From Eledone cirrhosa (taxonomy: Eukaryota), in the NCBI GenBank assembly GCA_964016885.1, contig OZ024762.1:6386001-6450000 (forward strand): 64,000 nucleotides of DNA, given 5' to 3'. Positions 46,601 to 57,511 of this stretch are shown piece by piece. Position numbers and translations under genes: made by a program. Within the stretch, counting starts at the first letter, position 1. Every line of letters begins with the position of its first letter. The notes under the pieces are model-generated. The model searched no databases. It was not told where the DNA came from and was given only the letters and a program-made list of their open reading frames with translations.

Positions 46601-48198
46601 CCTTGCAGCCGAAAAGTTGCGAGTTCAATTCTCGGACCGGGTGATGTGTTGTTTCCTTGAGCAAGACACTTTATTTCACATTGCTCCAGTTTACTCAGCT
46701 GTAGAAATGAGATGATAGGGACTAGGGTCCCTATCATTCCACTGCAAAGTGGTCGTGGAGGTGCCACGGCAAAAAAGCACCCAGCCCACACTGTAAATGA
46801 GGTTGGTGTTAGGAAGGGCATCCAGCTGTATACAATATGTATAAATATTTCGTATCTCCAAAGAAATACAGTTTTAGGAAGCCGTAGCTATGCAAACACC
46901 GGGGATACAAAATATTTATACATATTGTATAAAGCTATGCTTTAAGCGAAATCCTATTTCTTTTCTATTATAAGTTGAGCCAACTTATGCAGCTTCATAT
47001 GCAAATGAGATTAATCACCTCATTTACACAGACGAGAAAACTATATATTCTCGCCTGTCTTCTAGTCCAGCAGTCGCAAGCGGTGGGAGGGACCGTCCTG
47101 ACGAAGGCCAGTTAAGCCTGAAATGCATAGACGGTTGTCCCCCTTGCTTCTGCTGGACATCACCAGAATATTGCCAGAAATTAAAAAAAACGGTTAAAAA
47201 TTAAATAAAAATGGCATAGGCAATACAATGCAAGAAGAGGAAACAGAATAGTACCACTGATGATGTCTCAGATGTGTGACGAAAGAACTTTGATAGACTA
47301 TATATATATATATATATGTGTGTGTGTTTTTTTAACCGTTGGTCAATCAATGATAAACATTGATTGCCAGATAAATTAACTATCAAGATATAAAAGATAC
47401 AGAAGCCAAAACCAATCCAAACCAAACAGTGAGTGTGTTCTGTTATTATTTCTGACTATATTATAACAATATGACCCTCCCCAAGTATAATTAATATATA
47501 TATGTCAATACACATATAAATATATATATATATATGTCTATACACATACACACACACATATATATATATATACAATAATAATTGCAGCTTTCTCTAAACT
47601 TTATTACATATTACCATGTGTTTCCATACTGATCAGCTCGGGTTTGATCATGCGATCGGATCCAGACTCTTAATCAACACTTCTTCAGATATGAGAGTTT
47701 CCATGGGTGGTCCCATCCATATCTATATACACATATATATATTTCTTCTATTCTTAAAACATCTCTTCTAAATGTCTATCTATCACGACAAATTACTTAG
47801 CAGTGTTAACTCTCTTTGTTTAACTATATATATATATATATATGTTTCTGAATTTGTTTAGCAACATGACCCTCCCAAAGTATAACAATATATATATAAG
47901 CATGTGTTTTAAATAAAAGAAAAAATATTTTATTAGAATTAGTAAAATATTTCAAACGCTAAATATTACCAGAAATACGACAATATTGTTAACGAAATAT
48001 TTCAACTGCACTCTCTAATAATCAACTACCACCACAAGCAATCGATTAGTTAATAAAGACTTCTAATAATGTAGGCGTGGTTTGGGAAGCAATATGTATT
48101 TATTTATATACTCACAGATGGAAGCTTTTCTGACAACTTTCTGAGGTTACACTCTCGCAATTCAATGCCGCACACTGTAGTGTATCTGTTGGATACAT
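33394..48198 (-). CDS. Spliced gene, 7 coding exons (48198-48116, 45111-44919, 43462-43348, 39411-39242, 38684-38500, 36750-36243, 34599-33394), ~819 aa THAP / 3x C2H2 / BTB-POZ protein
   Basis: Assembled by hand. Every intron is GT..AG and the phases match (2,0,1,0,2,0). Summed CDS is 2460 nt with an open frame. The THAP domain, the C2H2 linker and the BTB domain each continue across a splice junction. Confidence 0.88.
34625..35005. repeat. 71-bp tandem repeat, ~5.4 copies, abutting the last splice acceptor
   Basis: Units at 34625, 34694, 34765, 34836, 34907, 34978. Confidence 0.95.
35340..35625 (+). mobile_element. RTE/BovB-like LINE C-terminal fragment (intronic, antisense to the gene)
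   Basis: FKDALKENLKNLGID..NRSTW..CKVCGKIC. Confidence 0.7.
35662..35853. repeat. 38-bp tandem repeat, 5 copies
   Basis: ATAGCTCTGATTGCCATTGAAATATGTATCACAGCTTT. Confidence 0.95.
36243..36750 (-). CDS. Exon 6: acidic/Q-rich QYSQ heptad repeats plus BTB N-terminus (HQYHMMDSLAQLWKKGRLCD)
   Basis: Acceptor tttacag|G, donor ATG|gtaagc (ORF 36210..36773). Confidence 0.9.
36838..37360 (+). mobile_element. SINE family A followed by SINE family B/C composite
   Basis: Family A at 36838-37030, then TGGCTTAATGGTTAGAGC...CCTTGAGCAAGACACTTTATTTCAC...GTTAGGAAGGGCATCCAGC. Confidence 0.85.
37740..38375 (+). mobile_element. Probable LINE ORF1/gag-like 5' fragment
   Basis: An N-rich stretch, then ISFAGAIK and SVRIKIKQIPLEIDISW, with stops. 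Resembles ORF1 starts; family not determined. Confidence 0.4.
38500..38684 (-). CDS. Exon 5: linker (HKRPKFDPAQ...KPIQI), includes possible NLS KRPK
   Basis: (TC)n polypyrimidine tract, acceptor tcacag|CAC, donor TG|gtaact. Phase 2 joins exon 6 to give TGG. Confidence 0.8.
39242..39411 (-). CDS. Exon 4: C2H2 fingers 2 and 3
   Basis: CTECNYKATTSSNLKRHLAIH and CLFCSNSFRQKIHLDKHILYKH. Acceptor ctag|GT, donor AAG|gtaact. Confidence 0.9.
39425..39778. repeat. (TAG/TGG)n triplet tract
   Basis: Visible directly; adjacent to the exon 4 acceptor. Confidence 0.95.
41085..41695 (+). mobile_element. Probable non-autonomous Helitron
   Basis: Short ORF MPPRKRSAIGQKT..RRKANES..AAIRRSEDAE resembles RepHel N-termini. 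The 3' end is ...CTGCTAG|T with an eroded hairpin. The 5' boundary is uncertain. Confidence 0.55.
41860..42670 (+). mobile_element. Penelope-like element 3' fragment (GIY-YIG endonuclease remnant plus 3' repeat)
   Basis: VIYALRCSLCGSLYIEQTG...RFAEHLRDIR...PVARHF...H...*NLIHRLGS..PLGLN, with an in-frame stop. Confidence 0.85.
42620..42670 (+). ncRNA. Degenerate hammerhead core at the 3' end of a Penelope-like element
   Basis: CTGATGA(42626)-AGG..CCTCT-GAAA-TATGTATA. Stem I is unpaired. It lies downstream of the GIY-YIG remnant. Confidence 0.45.
43348..43462 (-). CDS. Exon 3: C2H2 finger 1 (YKCNKCKYSTDRKPNWYKHRNKHL)
   Basis: Acceptor tttag|CAG (NAGNAG), donor G|gttggt. Phase 0 in and phase 1 out bridges exons 2 and 4. 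Confidence 0.85.
43598..43890. repeat. ~30-bp degenerate minisatellite
   Basis: GGGTTTCTCTCACTCTCCATGGCAACA units. Confidence 0.85.
44919..45111 (-). CDS. Exon 2: THAP C-terminal half (LFPKD...W...LCSDHF...AVPTLF)
   Basis: Acceptor ctccag|G, donor AAG|gtaatg. Invariant THAP P, W, CxxH, F and AVPTxF box are present (ORF 44883..45068). Confidence 0.92.
46577..46830 (+). mobile_element. tRNA-derived SINE family B/C composite
   Basis: Near-identical to 37039-37290. Confidence 0.85.
47065..47158 (+). ncRNA. Minimal type I hammerhead ribozyme (Penelope/retrozyme type), intact core
   Basis: Stem I ACCGTC/GACGGT, CTGACGA at 47098, stem II AGGC/GCCT, GAAA at 47120, palindromic stem III ATGCAT, AUA triplet, extended stem GTCCAGCAG/CTGCTGGAC. 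Confidence 0.85.
47249..47300 (+). ncRNA. Degenerate hammerhead motif
   Basis: CTGATGA(47257)-T-GTC..GAC-GAAA-GAAC-TT, with imperfect stem I. Confidence 0.4.
48116..48198 (-). CDS. Exon 1: MYPTDTLQCAALNCESVTSESCQKSFH, N-terminal half of THAP domain
   Basis: ATG at 48198, CxxxxC, donor CT|gtgagt. Too short for the ORF track. Confidence 0.85.
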
Positions 48199-48199
48199 C

Positions 48200-48560
48200 A
48201 CTAAATTATAAAAACAAGTTGTACAGAGAGAGTGTCACGTTTGCAGGGAGAGCGGCGCGAATAAACACACACCGGAAGTAGTATATCAAACACTACCGAT
48301 AAATTATAGGAATTTAAACCATTACAAACAACATTAAACACATCTACAAATGAGGAAATGGTTAGCAGCTAATTTCGTCCTATATTTATTGTAAAAGAAA
48401 ACGCGAGAAAGATATGTTTATATAGCGATAACAAATTAGAGAATGCAAGTTGACAAGATGGGTACTATGTATTTCCGGTATGTTCTATTTATGGAAGAGC
48501 GTCAATTATTAAAGAGGTGAAGACGGCTTCTGGTATCAGGGAGAGCTTGTTTACTATATA
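48200..48560. promoter_or_regulatory. Proximal promoter of the THAP-ZF-BTB gene with two oppositely oriented ETS-type sites
   Basis: ACCGGAAGT at 48271 and ATTTCCGGT at 48471, with local CpG enrichment (GCGGCGCGA) just upstream of the ATG. Confidence 0.55.
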
Positions 48561-50283
48561 ACTTATTTATAATGTGGGTTAATAATAATAATATATATAT
48601 ATTATTCAAAATATTAATAAATGGAGACGTTCACATTATCAAAATATGTTTATTATATATGTATATATAAAGAGAGACAGCATCGATCGAAAATAATTAA
48701 ATTGGATTATTTTCATATTCATAACAAATTTAATCGTGCGTATTTTATCGAATGAAGCAAATTAAAAAGGTTAAAAATAATATAAAAATCTAGTGGATCA
48801 AAGTGTTTATCTGAAATTCTTTAGATGGTGACTATACCTTAACCGGAGTGCGGATTTGTACAATTTTATAAACTACTACTACAAAAGTAGAACGAGTGTT
48901 ATCCAAGAAAAGGACTATCTATCTTTAGATAGATAGTCCTTTTCTTAGAAAAAAAAATCATTTCTTAAACAAAGGATCTGGTATAAGTATTACGAGATAT
49001 ATTTGTAAGAGTGAAATAAGAGACAATATTGCCAAGTTAATACTTATAGAAACTATTTTATTGAAATAAAAACTAGAATAAAGGAAATAAACAAAATACT
49101 TCTTGAATAATCACATTTTAAAAATACCTTTTATTTATCCATTTAAGTGATAAATATGTTTATGTGTGTGTGTAATTTGTAAATAAGTTAATAAAGGATT
49201 TAATTTTTACGTCATATCAAAAAAGGCAGTTCGGGGACTTAAGACACCTGAAATGGCAGCCCGCTTAAGGAAGGAGTTCCATAAGGTGGAGTGGCTGTTG
49301 CAGAGAGTGTCGCTGGCTGTGACAATACCTTCGATGTTTTGTCTGCAGGATGAACCTGAGAACTACCAATTAGACTGGGGTGTAGAATCGGTCATCCACT
49401 TCCCTTCCTTTCGTTGTTTGATTTCTTATTTCTTTTCCTTTACTTCTATTTTTCACTTTCTTATTGCTTTATATAAATTTTTCTATAAATAAAAATCTGC
49501 TATTTCTGAAAGGTGGCTGATATTTTAATTTATGAAATGTCTTACTATCTCCCTTTTTAAAACAATTTGTACGGTTGATTTTTGTTTTTATAACAATAAC
49601 ACCCTCTTGCTGGTGGGTCAGTAATGGTGGCCAAATTACTGCCCTTCTTCACCCCCTGATTTCCATCTTATCTCCTCTCTTCTGCTCCCAAACCAACAAG
49701 AGGCCCTTTCTGCTGCCACCTCCATACTACCTGCAAACTGCAGCCTTCTTCTCTCTTTCTGTCAGTGAGCATTCTCAATACTGAGTGAGCCAGGAACCCC
49801 TTGCAACCCACCTTTACTGGAAATAATCATGACTGCCAACCTTCCTTGATACTTATCACTCTTTCATTCCCAGTACTGTGGACAATTCTTTCTCTTTCTC
49901 TGGACGAAATTGGCTGTATTACATCTGGAAAAAGATGGGCTCTGCCACATGTAAAATACACAAGATATGCCATGTATCTGAATGCTGCCCCTGTGTGTTC
50001 ATCAGTTAAAGTATCTTTGCCTACCTATCTTCATACACAGTGGAACTTAATTCATTCCTTAAGGCCATTCATCATCCAAAATGTTTATAGCAGAAAAATA
50101 ATATTATGCTATGTTGGCATAATATTAATAAGAAAGTTTATTGTACTGTGTTGGCACAATAAGAATAAAAGGCTGCATGTTGTAGATGATAGTACACAAG
50201 GTATTGAAGTATTAATAGATGTAGTTGTTGCGTGTTGTTTTTAGAACAAGAGGAGTTGTTAGGCTATTTGTTATGGCTAGAAA

Positions 50284-50363
50284 TAGAATCTTGGTTCACG
50301 AACACCTCTCATGAACAATTTTTCCTAACAAGAGAGGTGTTCGTGAACCAAGATTCTACTGTA
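50284..50363. mobile_element. pogo/Tigger-type MITE
   Basis: TAGAATCTTGGTTCACGAACACCTCTC / GAGAGGTGTTCGTGAACCAAGATTCTA-CTG-TA. Confidence 0.7.
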
Positions 50364-51169
50364 ATTAACCCTTTTGATACCAAACTCCTCTTGGTTCTAC
50401 ATACAATACAAACCTGTTTGCTTTAAAATACTTACAGGGGATGGAATTTCAAAATCTCAAAGGATGTTGTGATAGAAAAAGGTTAAGAACCACTGTTATA
50501 AACCTTCCACCAAAATCCATGTGTACTTTGAGGATTTTCCTGTGTGCTTTTGTAATTTCATACACTGCCCCTTCTGTTGCTGACAGACCCCGCTCTCAAA
50601 TTCTGTCAACCTCTTCTCATCAATTCTCTTTTACACTTCATCATCCCATTGCTATGTTTCCAAGTGTCTTGGTGCACCTCGTGTCCATCCACACACACAT
50701 CACATGGTTCCTAACAAGCTTTCGTTCAGTGACTTGGAATAACTTTCATTAAAAAATAAATAAAAATATATATAAAAAAAAACACCTCTCCCCCACCAAA
50801 GACAAAAAAACAAAAAAAAACAAACCCAAAGCATTTTAAGTTAATTGAAAAACTGAGTAAACTTTATTCTAATGAATGTTTTTACAATTTTTACTGGAAC
50901 TTAAGACAAAGTTGAAGTTTGTATAATCAGTATTTTGAAATAAACAAATGATAAAAGAAACTCTGCTCCATTTTGGAACAGTTAACATATGTTCTGGAGG
51001 TTTTTAAAATAAAATATATATATATTTTCGAAAAACATACTAATTCTAATTAAGTTAAAAATATTAGAAATAAACACCCTCTTACTAGAAATAATATTTC
51101 CATAAAAAAAGACAGCAAATGTTTACATTTTTTTTCAGCACAAGAAGAAATGAGAATGATAAAGATGAT

Positions 51170-51502
51170 TAAAAAAGGATAAAGACCCCCTTCGGTCATG
51201 AATCACCATGGGATTTGTACCTAGAAAGTTTCCCTCCGAGGCACAAATCTGGGCAAGGTTGTTTGTGAAAGACCTGCAGTCACCCATTGCATACTAGTCT
51301 CTCCTCTACAGGCCACTGATGTTGTCCAAGGGAAAGGCAAATGCCAACACCACTGACATTGCAACTCATTTCTACAGCTGAGTAAACTGGATCAACGTGA
51401 AATAAAGTGTCTTGCTCAAGAACACAATGCAAAGCCCGGTCCAAGAATCGAACTCACAACCTCGTGATTGTAAGCCCAACACTCTAACTACTAAGCCACT
51501 AA
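51170..51502 (-). mobile_element. SINE family B
   Basis: Reverse complement of the TGGCTTAGTAGTTAGAGTG...CTTGAGCAAGACAC head. Confidence 0.75.
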
Positions 51503-51625
51503 GGTGGGGGAAAAGAAAAAGAAGTAAAAAACAAATAACACATCTATGCCAATAGATTGTGAAATAGCAGCAGAATATTTGAACAAATTTCACTTATTAC
51601 AACATAGATATTGAATTTTATACTA

Positions 51626-52042
51626 TTAACTTTTAACATCCTGTAATGATTTCACAGAAAATATCTTAAAATCATCATCATCATCATCTTCGTTTAACGT
51701 CCATCTTCCACACTAGCATGGGTTAGACGGATAGGTTTGTTAATTCAAATGTTTATAGTGGGTAAGTTGTAAAAATTTACAGAGTTAGGATAAAGACTTT
51801 AATTCTTAATACGATACAGCCAGTGTTGTTTTTAGCTGTTTTGGCTTTTGTCTAGAATGTCTTGCTAATGTGGTTTGTTAATTCAAATGTTTATAATATC
51901 TTTATTAATGGACAGATTGTAAAAATTTCCAGTTAACTAAAGACTTTAATTTTTAATGTGATGCAGACACAGCATTATTCTGTATTGTTCTAGAATATCT
52001 TGCTTACGTGGTTTCATGTGGTACAGGGGCATTAAAAATTAA
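51626..52042. mobile_element. TTAA-flanked non-autonomous element with internal duplication (relative at 57811-58170)
   Basis: TTAACTTTTAACATCCTGTA ... TACAGGGGCATTAAAAATTAA. Confidence 0.5.
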
Positions 52043-52240
52043 TGGTAGGTTAACTAAAAAGATGGCAATATATTTGAATAAATTTCAACTATTATAATAT
52101 GTATCTTTATTTTATATTATTAAAGAGGGTTTTAATGAAATCTGTTATTTCTTAATTTTTATTGTAGCCATTTAACTAATCTACTAAAGATAATTAAAAC
52201 TCTAAATAACCATTTTATGTAATTATACACACACCCACAC

Positions 52241-52271
<31 letters not shown>

Positions 52272-52802
52272 ATGAAGGAGTTGTGGTAAGGAACCAGACG
52301 GACCATAACGCACCAGAGTACCTCAATACTTAGGGTAGTAGAGTGGGTAATAGGAAAATGTATGACCCTCGACGGCAGAGCTCAAGCCGTGGCGTATCGA
52401 GCAGTAAGTAGTCACCAACGAACGATCATATTCAGTGGCAGCTTTTTCGTTTCTGTGTCAAGTGATGTTAGCTGCCATCAAGTCTTTTTGGAAGATTTGT
52501 TGCCAGGTGATCCTGGGACAACCCCACCTCCGTTTGCCACCAGGTGGAGTCTGGTTCATCGCTGTTTTTGAGTGTCGTTTATTGGGCAGACACAAAATAT
52601 ATATACGTGTGTGTGCGAGTCCCAGGTTCAATCCAGGGTAACCACAGTAAGTGAAGTACTCAATACATTAGTAGAGTATATACAACACAATTTAATATAG
52701 AAATGGCTTCTACAGGGCTAGAACCGTTTCATTCAAAGGAAATCATTAGGATATACAAACATACCTATCTATACACACACACACACACATATATATATAT
52801 AT

Positions 52803-52983
52803 CTGTTTCTACTTTTGGCACAAGGCCAACAATTACCCAGTGCATTACTGGTACTTTATTTTATCGACCCCGTAAGGATGAAAGGCAAAGTTAACCTTGG
52901 CGGGATTTGAACACAGAATGGCAAGGGCCGTAACTCTATGTGTCAAAGCATGGTGTCCGACCCTCTACCAATACTGCCAATCC
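52803..52983 (-). mobile_element. SINE family A
   Basis: Full-length match. Confidence 0.85.
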
Positions 52984-53357
52984 ACATATATATATATCAT
53001 CATCATTTAACGTCCGCTTTCCCCGATAGAAAGGGCTGGATGGGTCTACATAGACCAAGTCAGTACCGAGGCAGGGCTACTGATATTCCAGACAGGTTAG
53101 GGATCTGCATCTCGATTAAAGTGGATAATCAACCTGTGTGTGATTAGAGCTCAGGATATTGAAAGAGTTGAGCTAAACACTCTTTCTGCTACTCCGATTT
53201 TTTCCTTGTTTATTGTTAAAAAAAAAAAGAAAAACAACCCCAAAACAAATAACTGTTAAGTGTAGAAAACATTAATGTATAATAATTATATAAATTGTCT
53301 TTAAAAATTTAATTTTCATTATTGTCACTCTAGCTACAAAGATAGATAGGTGTAACG

Positions 53358-53845
53358 ACAAAAAGCACCCAGTCCAATCAGCACTGTAAAATGGTCGTGT
53401 AAGTGTCATGATAAAAAGCACTCAGCCCACACTGTAAAATGGTTGTGTAAGTGTCACGATAAAAAGCACCCAGCCCACACTGTAAAGTGGTCATGTAAGT
53501 GTCACAGCAAAAAGCACCCAGCCCACACTGTAAAGTGGTTATGTAAGTGTCATGGCAAAAAGCACCCAGCCCACATTGTAAAGTGGTCACGTAGGAGTCA
53601 CAAAAAAAAAGCAGCCAGCCCACACTGTAAATTGGTCGAGTAGGAGTCACAAAAAAAAAAAAAAAAAAAAAAGCACCCAGCCCATACTGTAAATGTGGTT
53701 GGTGTTAGGAAGGGTAACCAGCCATAGAAATCTAGCCAGAAACAGTTTTGAGCAAGATACGGTCACCTGACCCAACTTGCCTCAAATGGACAAGCTGTCT
53801 AACCCATGCTAGCAAGGAAAGTGGACGTTAAATGATGATGATGAT
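53358..53845 (+). repeat. ~45-bp tandem expansion (about 7 units) inside a family C repeat
   Basis: AAAAAGCACCCAGCCCACACTGTAAAGTGG units, ending GGACGTTAAATGATGATG. Confidence 0.85.
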
Positions 53846-55104
53846 ATTTAGCAGAGAAGGGAGCCCAGCGGCCATGAACTTATAGCAGGGCCTCTGAGAA
53901 TACTGAGGGGAGAAAAACAGTATTAAACCACAACTCATAAAGAGTTTATTGTAGGGCCTCTGAAACTGCCAAGGAGAGGAAAGGGTCTCTGAGATATTAT
54001 GGATCAAAGCAAACGGCAGGAGACCCAGGGGTAGACCTCGAGCAAGATGGTTGGATAACATCTTTGAGATTGGCTTTGGGATCCAGCCAGATCAATTGGA
54101 GACAGATGCTTCTGATAAGATCCACAGGAAGGAGTGTTTGAAGATGACTCTCTCAGTAATAAGTGAGTAAAGAAGATGATGATGAACTATTGATTTGAAA
54201 GTTATTTCGCTAAACTTAAATTCCGTAAAAAGTCATAACTCTTGATTATTTTGATGGTTGAAAGAGGAAGGCAGTATTTTTTTTGGTTAGAAATATGGTT
54301 AGAAAAACGTTTATGTTACAAAGAAAAATGGAATGTAAATGATTGAGGGGAAAGTTTGCAGTATCTTAACAACAACAACAACAATACACAATAAGATATT
54401 AGTGATAAAGGAAAGGAGACAATTGTCAAATCGAACCAAAGAAACAATGCTGCCATTCATCTTTCCATTGCTGATACTATCTTATAGTCACAACTTCTGG
54501 CAGAAGAAAGGAACTGGTATATGAGATTGGACCAAGGAGACAATGTTTCCATTGCTGATAATATCTGTCAAAGAGACAGAATGGTGACAACAAAACAAGC
54601 CATCTGACTTTTTAACAATTCCACCAATTCAAAGGCCATAGACAGGTATGTAATTGACACAACCCTTCATTAAGGATGAAAGGTAAAGTTAACGACAGCA
54701 GAATTTAGAGCTCAGTGAACTGGACATTCTAATGACTTCTAATATAGAGCATGTGATAATAACGTACATGTAATTAAGATTTGGTAATGTTTTTTTTTTG
54801 AGAGATGAAATATCATAAGGTCACAGTGTACAGGTGTGAATGTCATCACACTGGACAGGTGTGAATGTCAATAAAAGTGAACAACAACAACTATAAAGCA
54901 GCTCACAACAACTACAAAGTAGCTGACAAAAATCCTTAAAAAAAAAATCAGAAAATCAATCACTCCAACATTACAAAGCTATAAATTCAATAAGGTTTAC
55001 TCAGATTGATTTCTCTATCAACAGTTCACTTTTCATTAATAACTTCAAATATTTTGATACTGTTAATATATTATTGGCAGTATCCATTGATAAAGATGAC
55101 TAAT

Positions 55105-55560
55105 TATAATGGTTTCTTATATAGGCACAAGGCCAGTAATTTGGGGGGGGGGGGGAAAGTCGATTAAATCGACCCCAGTGCGTGACTGGTACTTTATTTT
55201 AGCGACCCCGTAAGGATGAAAGGCAAAGTTAACCTCCGCGGGATTTGAACTCAGATCATAAAGGGCCATAACTCTATGCTGCAAAGCATGGTGTCCGGCC
55301 CTCTACCGATACTGCCAATCCAATAATGGTTTCCGATTTAGGCCAACAATTTGAAGGGAAGGGGAAAGTTGATTAAATCAATCCCAGTATTTAACTGGTA
55401 CTTCATTTTATTGCCCCCAGAATGACGAACAGTGAAGTTGACCATGAAAGGATTTGAACTCAGAACATAAAGGAGTGTAACTACCACAAAGCACTTTGAA
55501 CTCGGGCCGTAACTCCATGCTGTAAAGCATGGCGTCCAACCCTCTACCGATACTGCCACC
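55105..55560 (-). mobile_element. Two tandem SINE family A copies
   Basis: The core motif occurs twice. Confidence 0.85.
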
Positions 55561-57262
55561 CCAGAATAATAATAATAATTTGTAACATTAGCACATAGTC
55601 ACAGATTTGTTCTGCCAGTGAAAGGAATTGAGCCCAGTTTTCTACTACTAGTTGTTCTCCTGCACTCCCTCAAAGGTCGAATATAAAAATTAACCTTCAA
55701 TGCATATTTTGTAGAGGGTGACATTGTTGTAAGTCCAGTTTGCTGCCACTTCACAGATTAAAAAAGAAATATGATAATGATCCCTAATCTAGGCACAAAG
55801 CCTGTTATTTGTTTTTTAAAAGTTGATAAAAAAAATACAGCTTCAATTTTATGCACCATTTTTCTATCTGTAGTGTGTGTCTGGTTTAGAATAGGTACAC
55901 CATATCCCTGGGAGTCGTAAGATGTAACTAACAAGGTTAGCACGAGGAAGGCTATTCAACTGGAAAAAAATAGTATTACTTCTAAAAGGACCCCATGGTG
56001 AGTATGAAGCTTATTGTGGGGGAGCCCCATGAAAAGCTATCTTACATTTAGTAGTAGTAGGAGATTAGTATCAGGAGAGAAGAGAAAAGAGATAGATCTC
56101 AATTAAAATCCCTATCCCTATTTAAAATATTTAAAAGAATGGTTAATATTTCCTAGAAACAATGGTTGCCATATGAATGAATGAAAGAAGGATTGGTAGC
56201 AGGCAGCAAAGGAAGTACAGGAACAGAGTAGAAACAATATAAAACACACATATATATATATCAAAATAAGAGTCATATATCATAAGAATAGAGAAGCAAC
56301 TATGATATATGTTAGATGCCTTAGACAGAGCACAGATTAAAGATGCGAGATTACATATTATAGTGGAGTTTATATATATATATATCAAACAGAAAAATAT
56401 CAGAGAAAATTATATAAACATGTATAGAATAACTTATACAAAGTTAGCTATAGGAATCTGCCTATAGCTAACTTTGTATAAGTTCTATATAGGTTTATAC
56501 ACACACATATATATAGTTAATATGAAGTATAATGAGATATGTAATAAAAGGCTGATAAGGTTCAGAAAGCCAGTACAATGTGGTAGAAATATATAAAGGG
56601 TAAAGGATGACAAATAAACCAAAACAAAGTAATGTTTTACCCAGTATATTTCAGGAACATGGTTCAAAACAAAATGATGGTTCATTTTGTTTTGAGCCTT
56701 TTTCATTTTTCATTTGAAAAGAGGGTAATTAGCCCTGAAATATCATGTTGAAATATACTGGGTAAAACATTACTTTGTTTTATTTGTCATCATTTGCCCT
56801 TTATATATTTCTACCACATTGTACTGGCTTTTTGAAACTTATCAATCATTTATTATACACAGCCACACACATATATATATACGTGTGTGTGTATATATAT
56901 ATATTTGAAAATGGGGGTGAGGTTCTATACAAAATCGAGGTTATGGAAAAAAGGTAAGAATGGAAACAGCACGGAAGTATATTTAAAAAATCTTTTTTCT
57001 TCTTTAATTCAACAAAGTGATTATTGAAAACAAAAGAAAAACATTTTTTAAAAAAAGGTTTTTACTAAATATATAAGATAATATTACCGGTTAGAAATTA
57101 CTTATACACACACATTTTCCAAAAATAACCGACCTTAAAAAACTTGACTGAAAACCACCAATAATGATATAACCTTTCTTTTTAAAAATTACCTGCTAAA
57201 AAAGACTTGTGATAAACTAAAACACACACCATAATACAAAAGCAAAAATGTTTTTGTGTGTG

Positions 57263-57294
<32 letters not shown>

Positions 57295-57467
57295 CACACA
57301 AAAGAATGTTTTTATCAAATTCAACCATTCAAAACATAACTTAAATAAAATTTCTTTGACAAATCCTACAAAAACCACTCACTTGTCTATTCCTTCTACC
57401 CTTCCCATCTGAATGTTTGATACCTTAACACAATAATAGTAAAATGCCACAACTACCTACCCACTTA

Positions 57468-57511
<44 letters not shown>

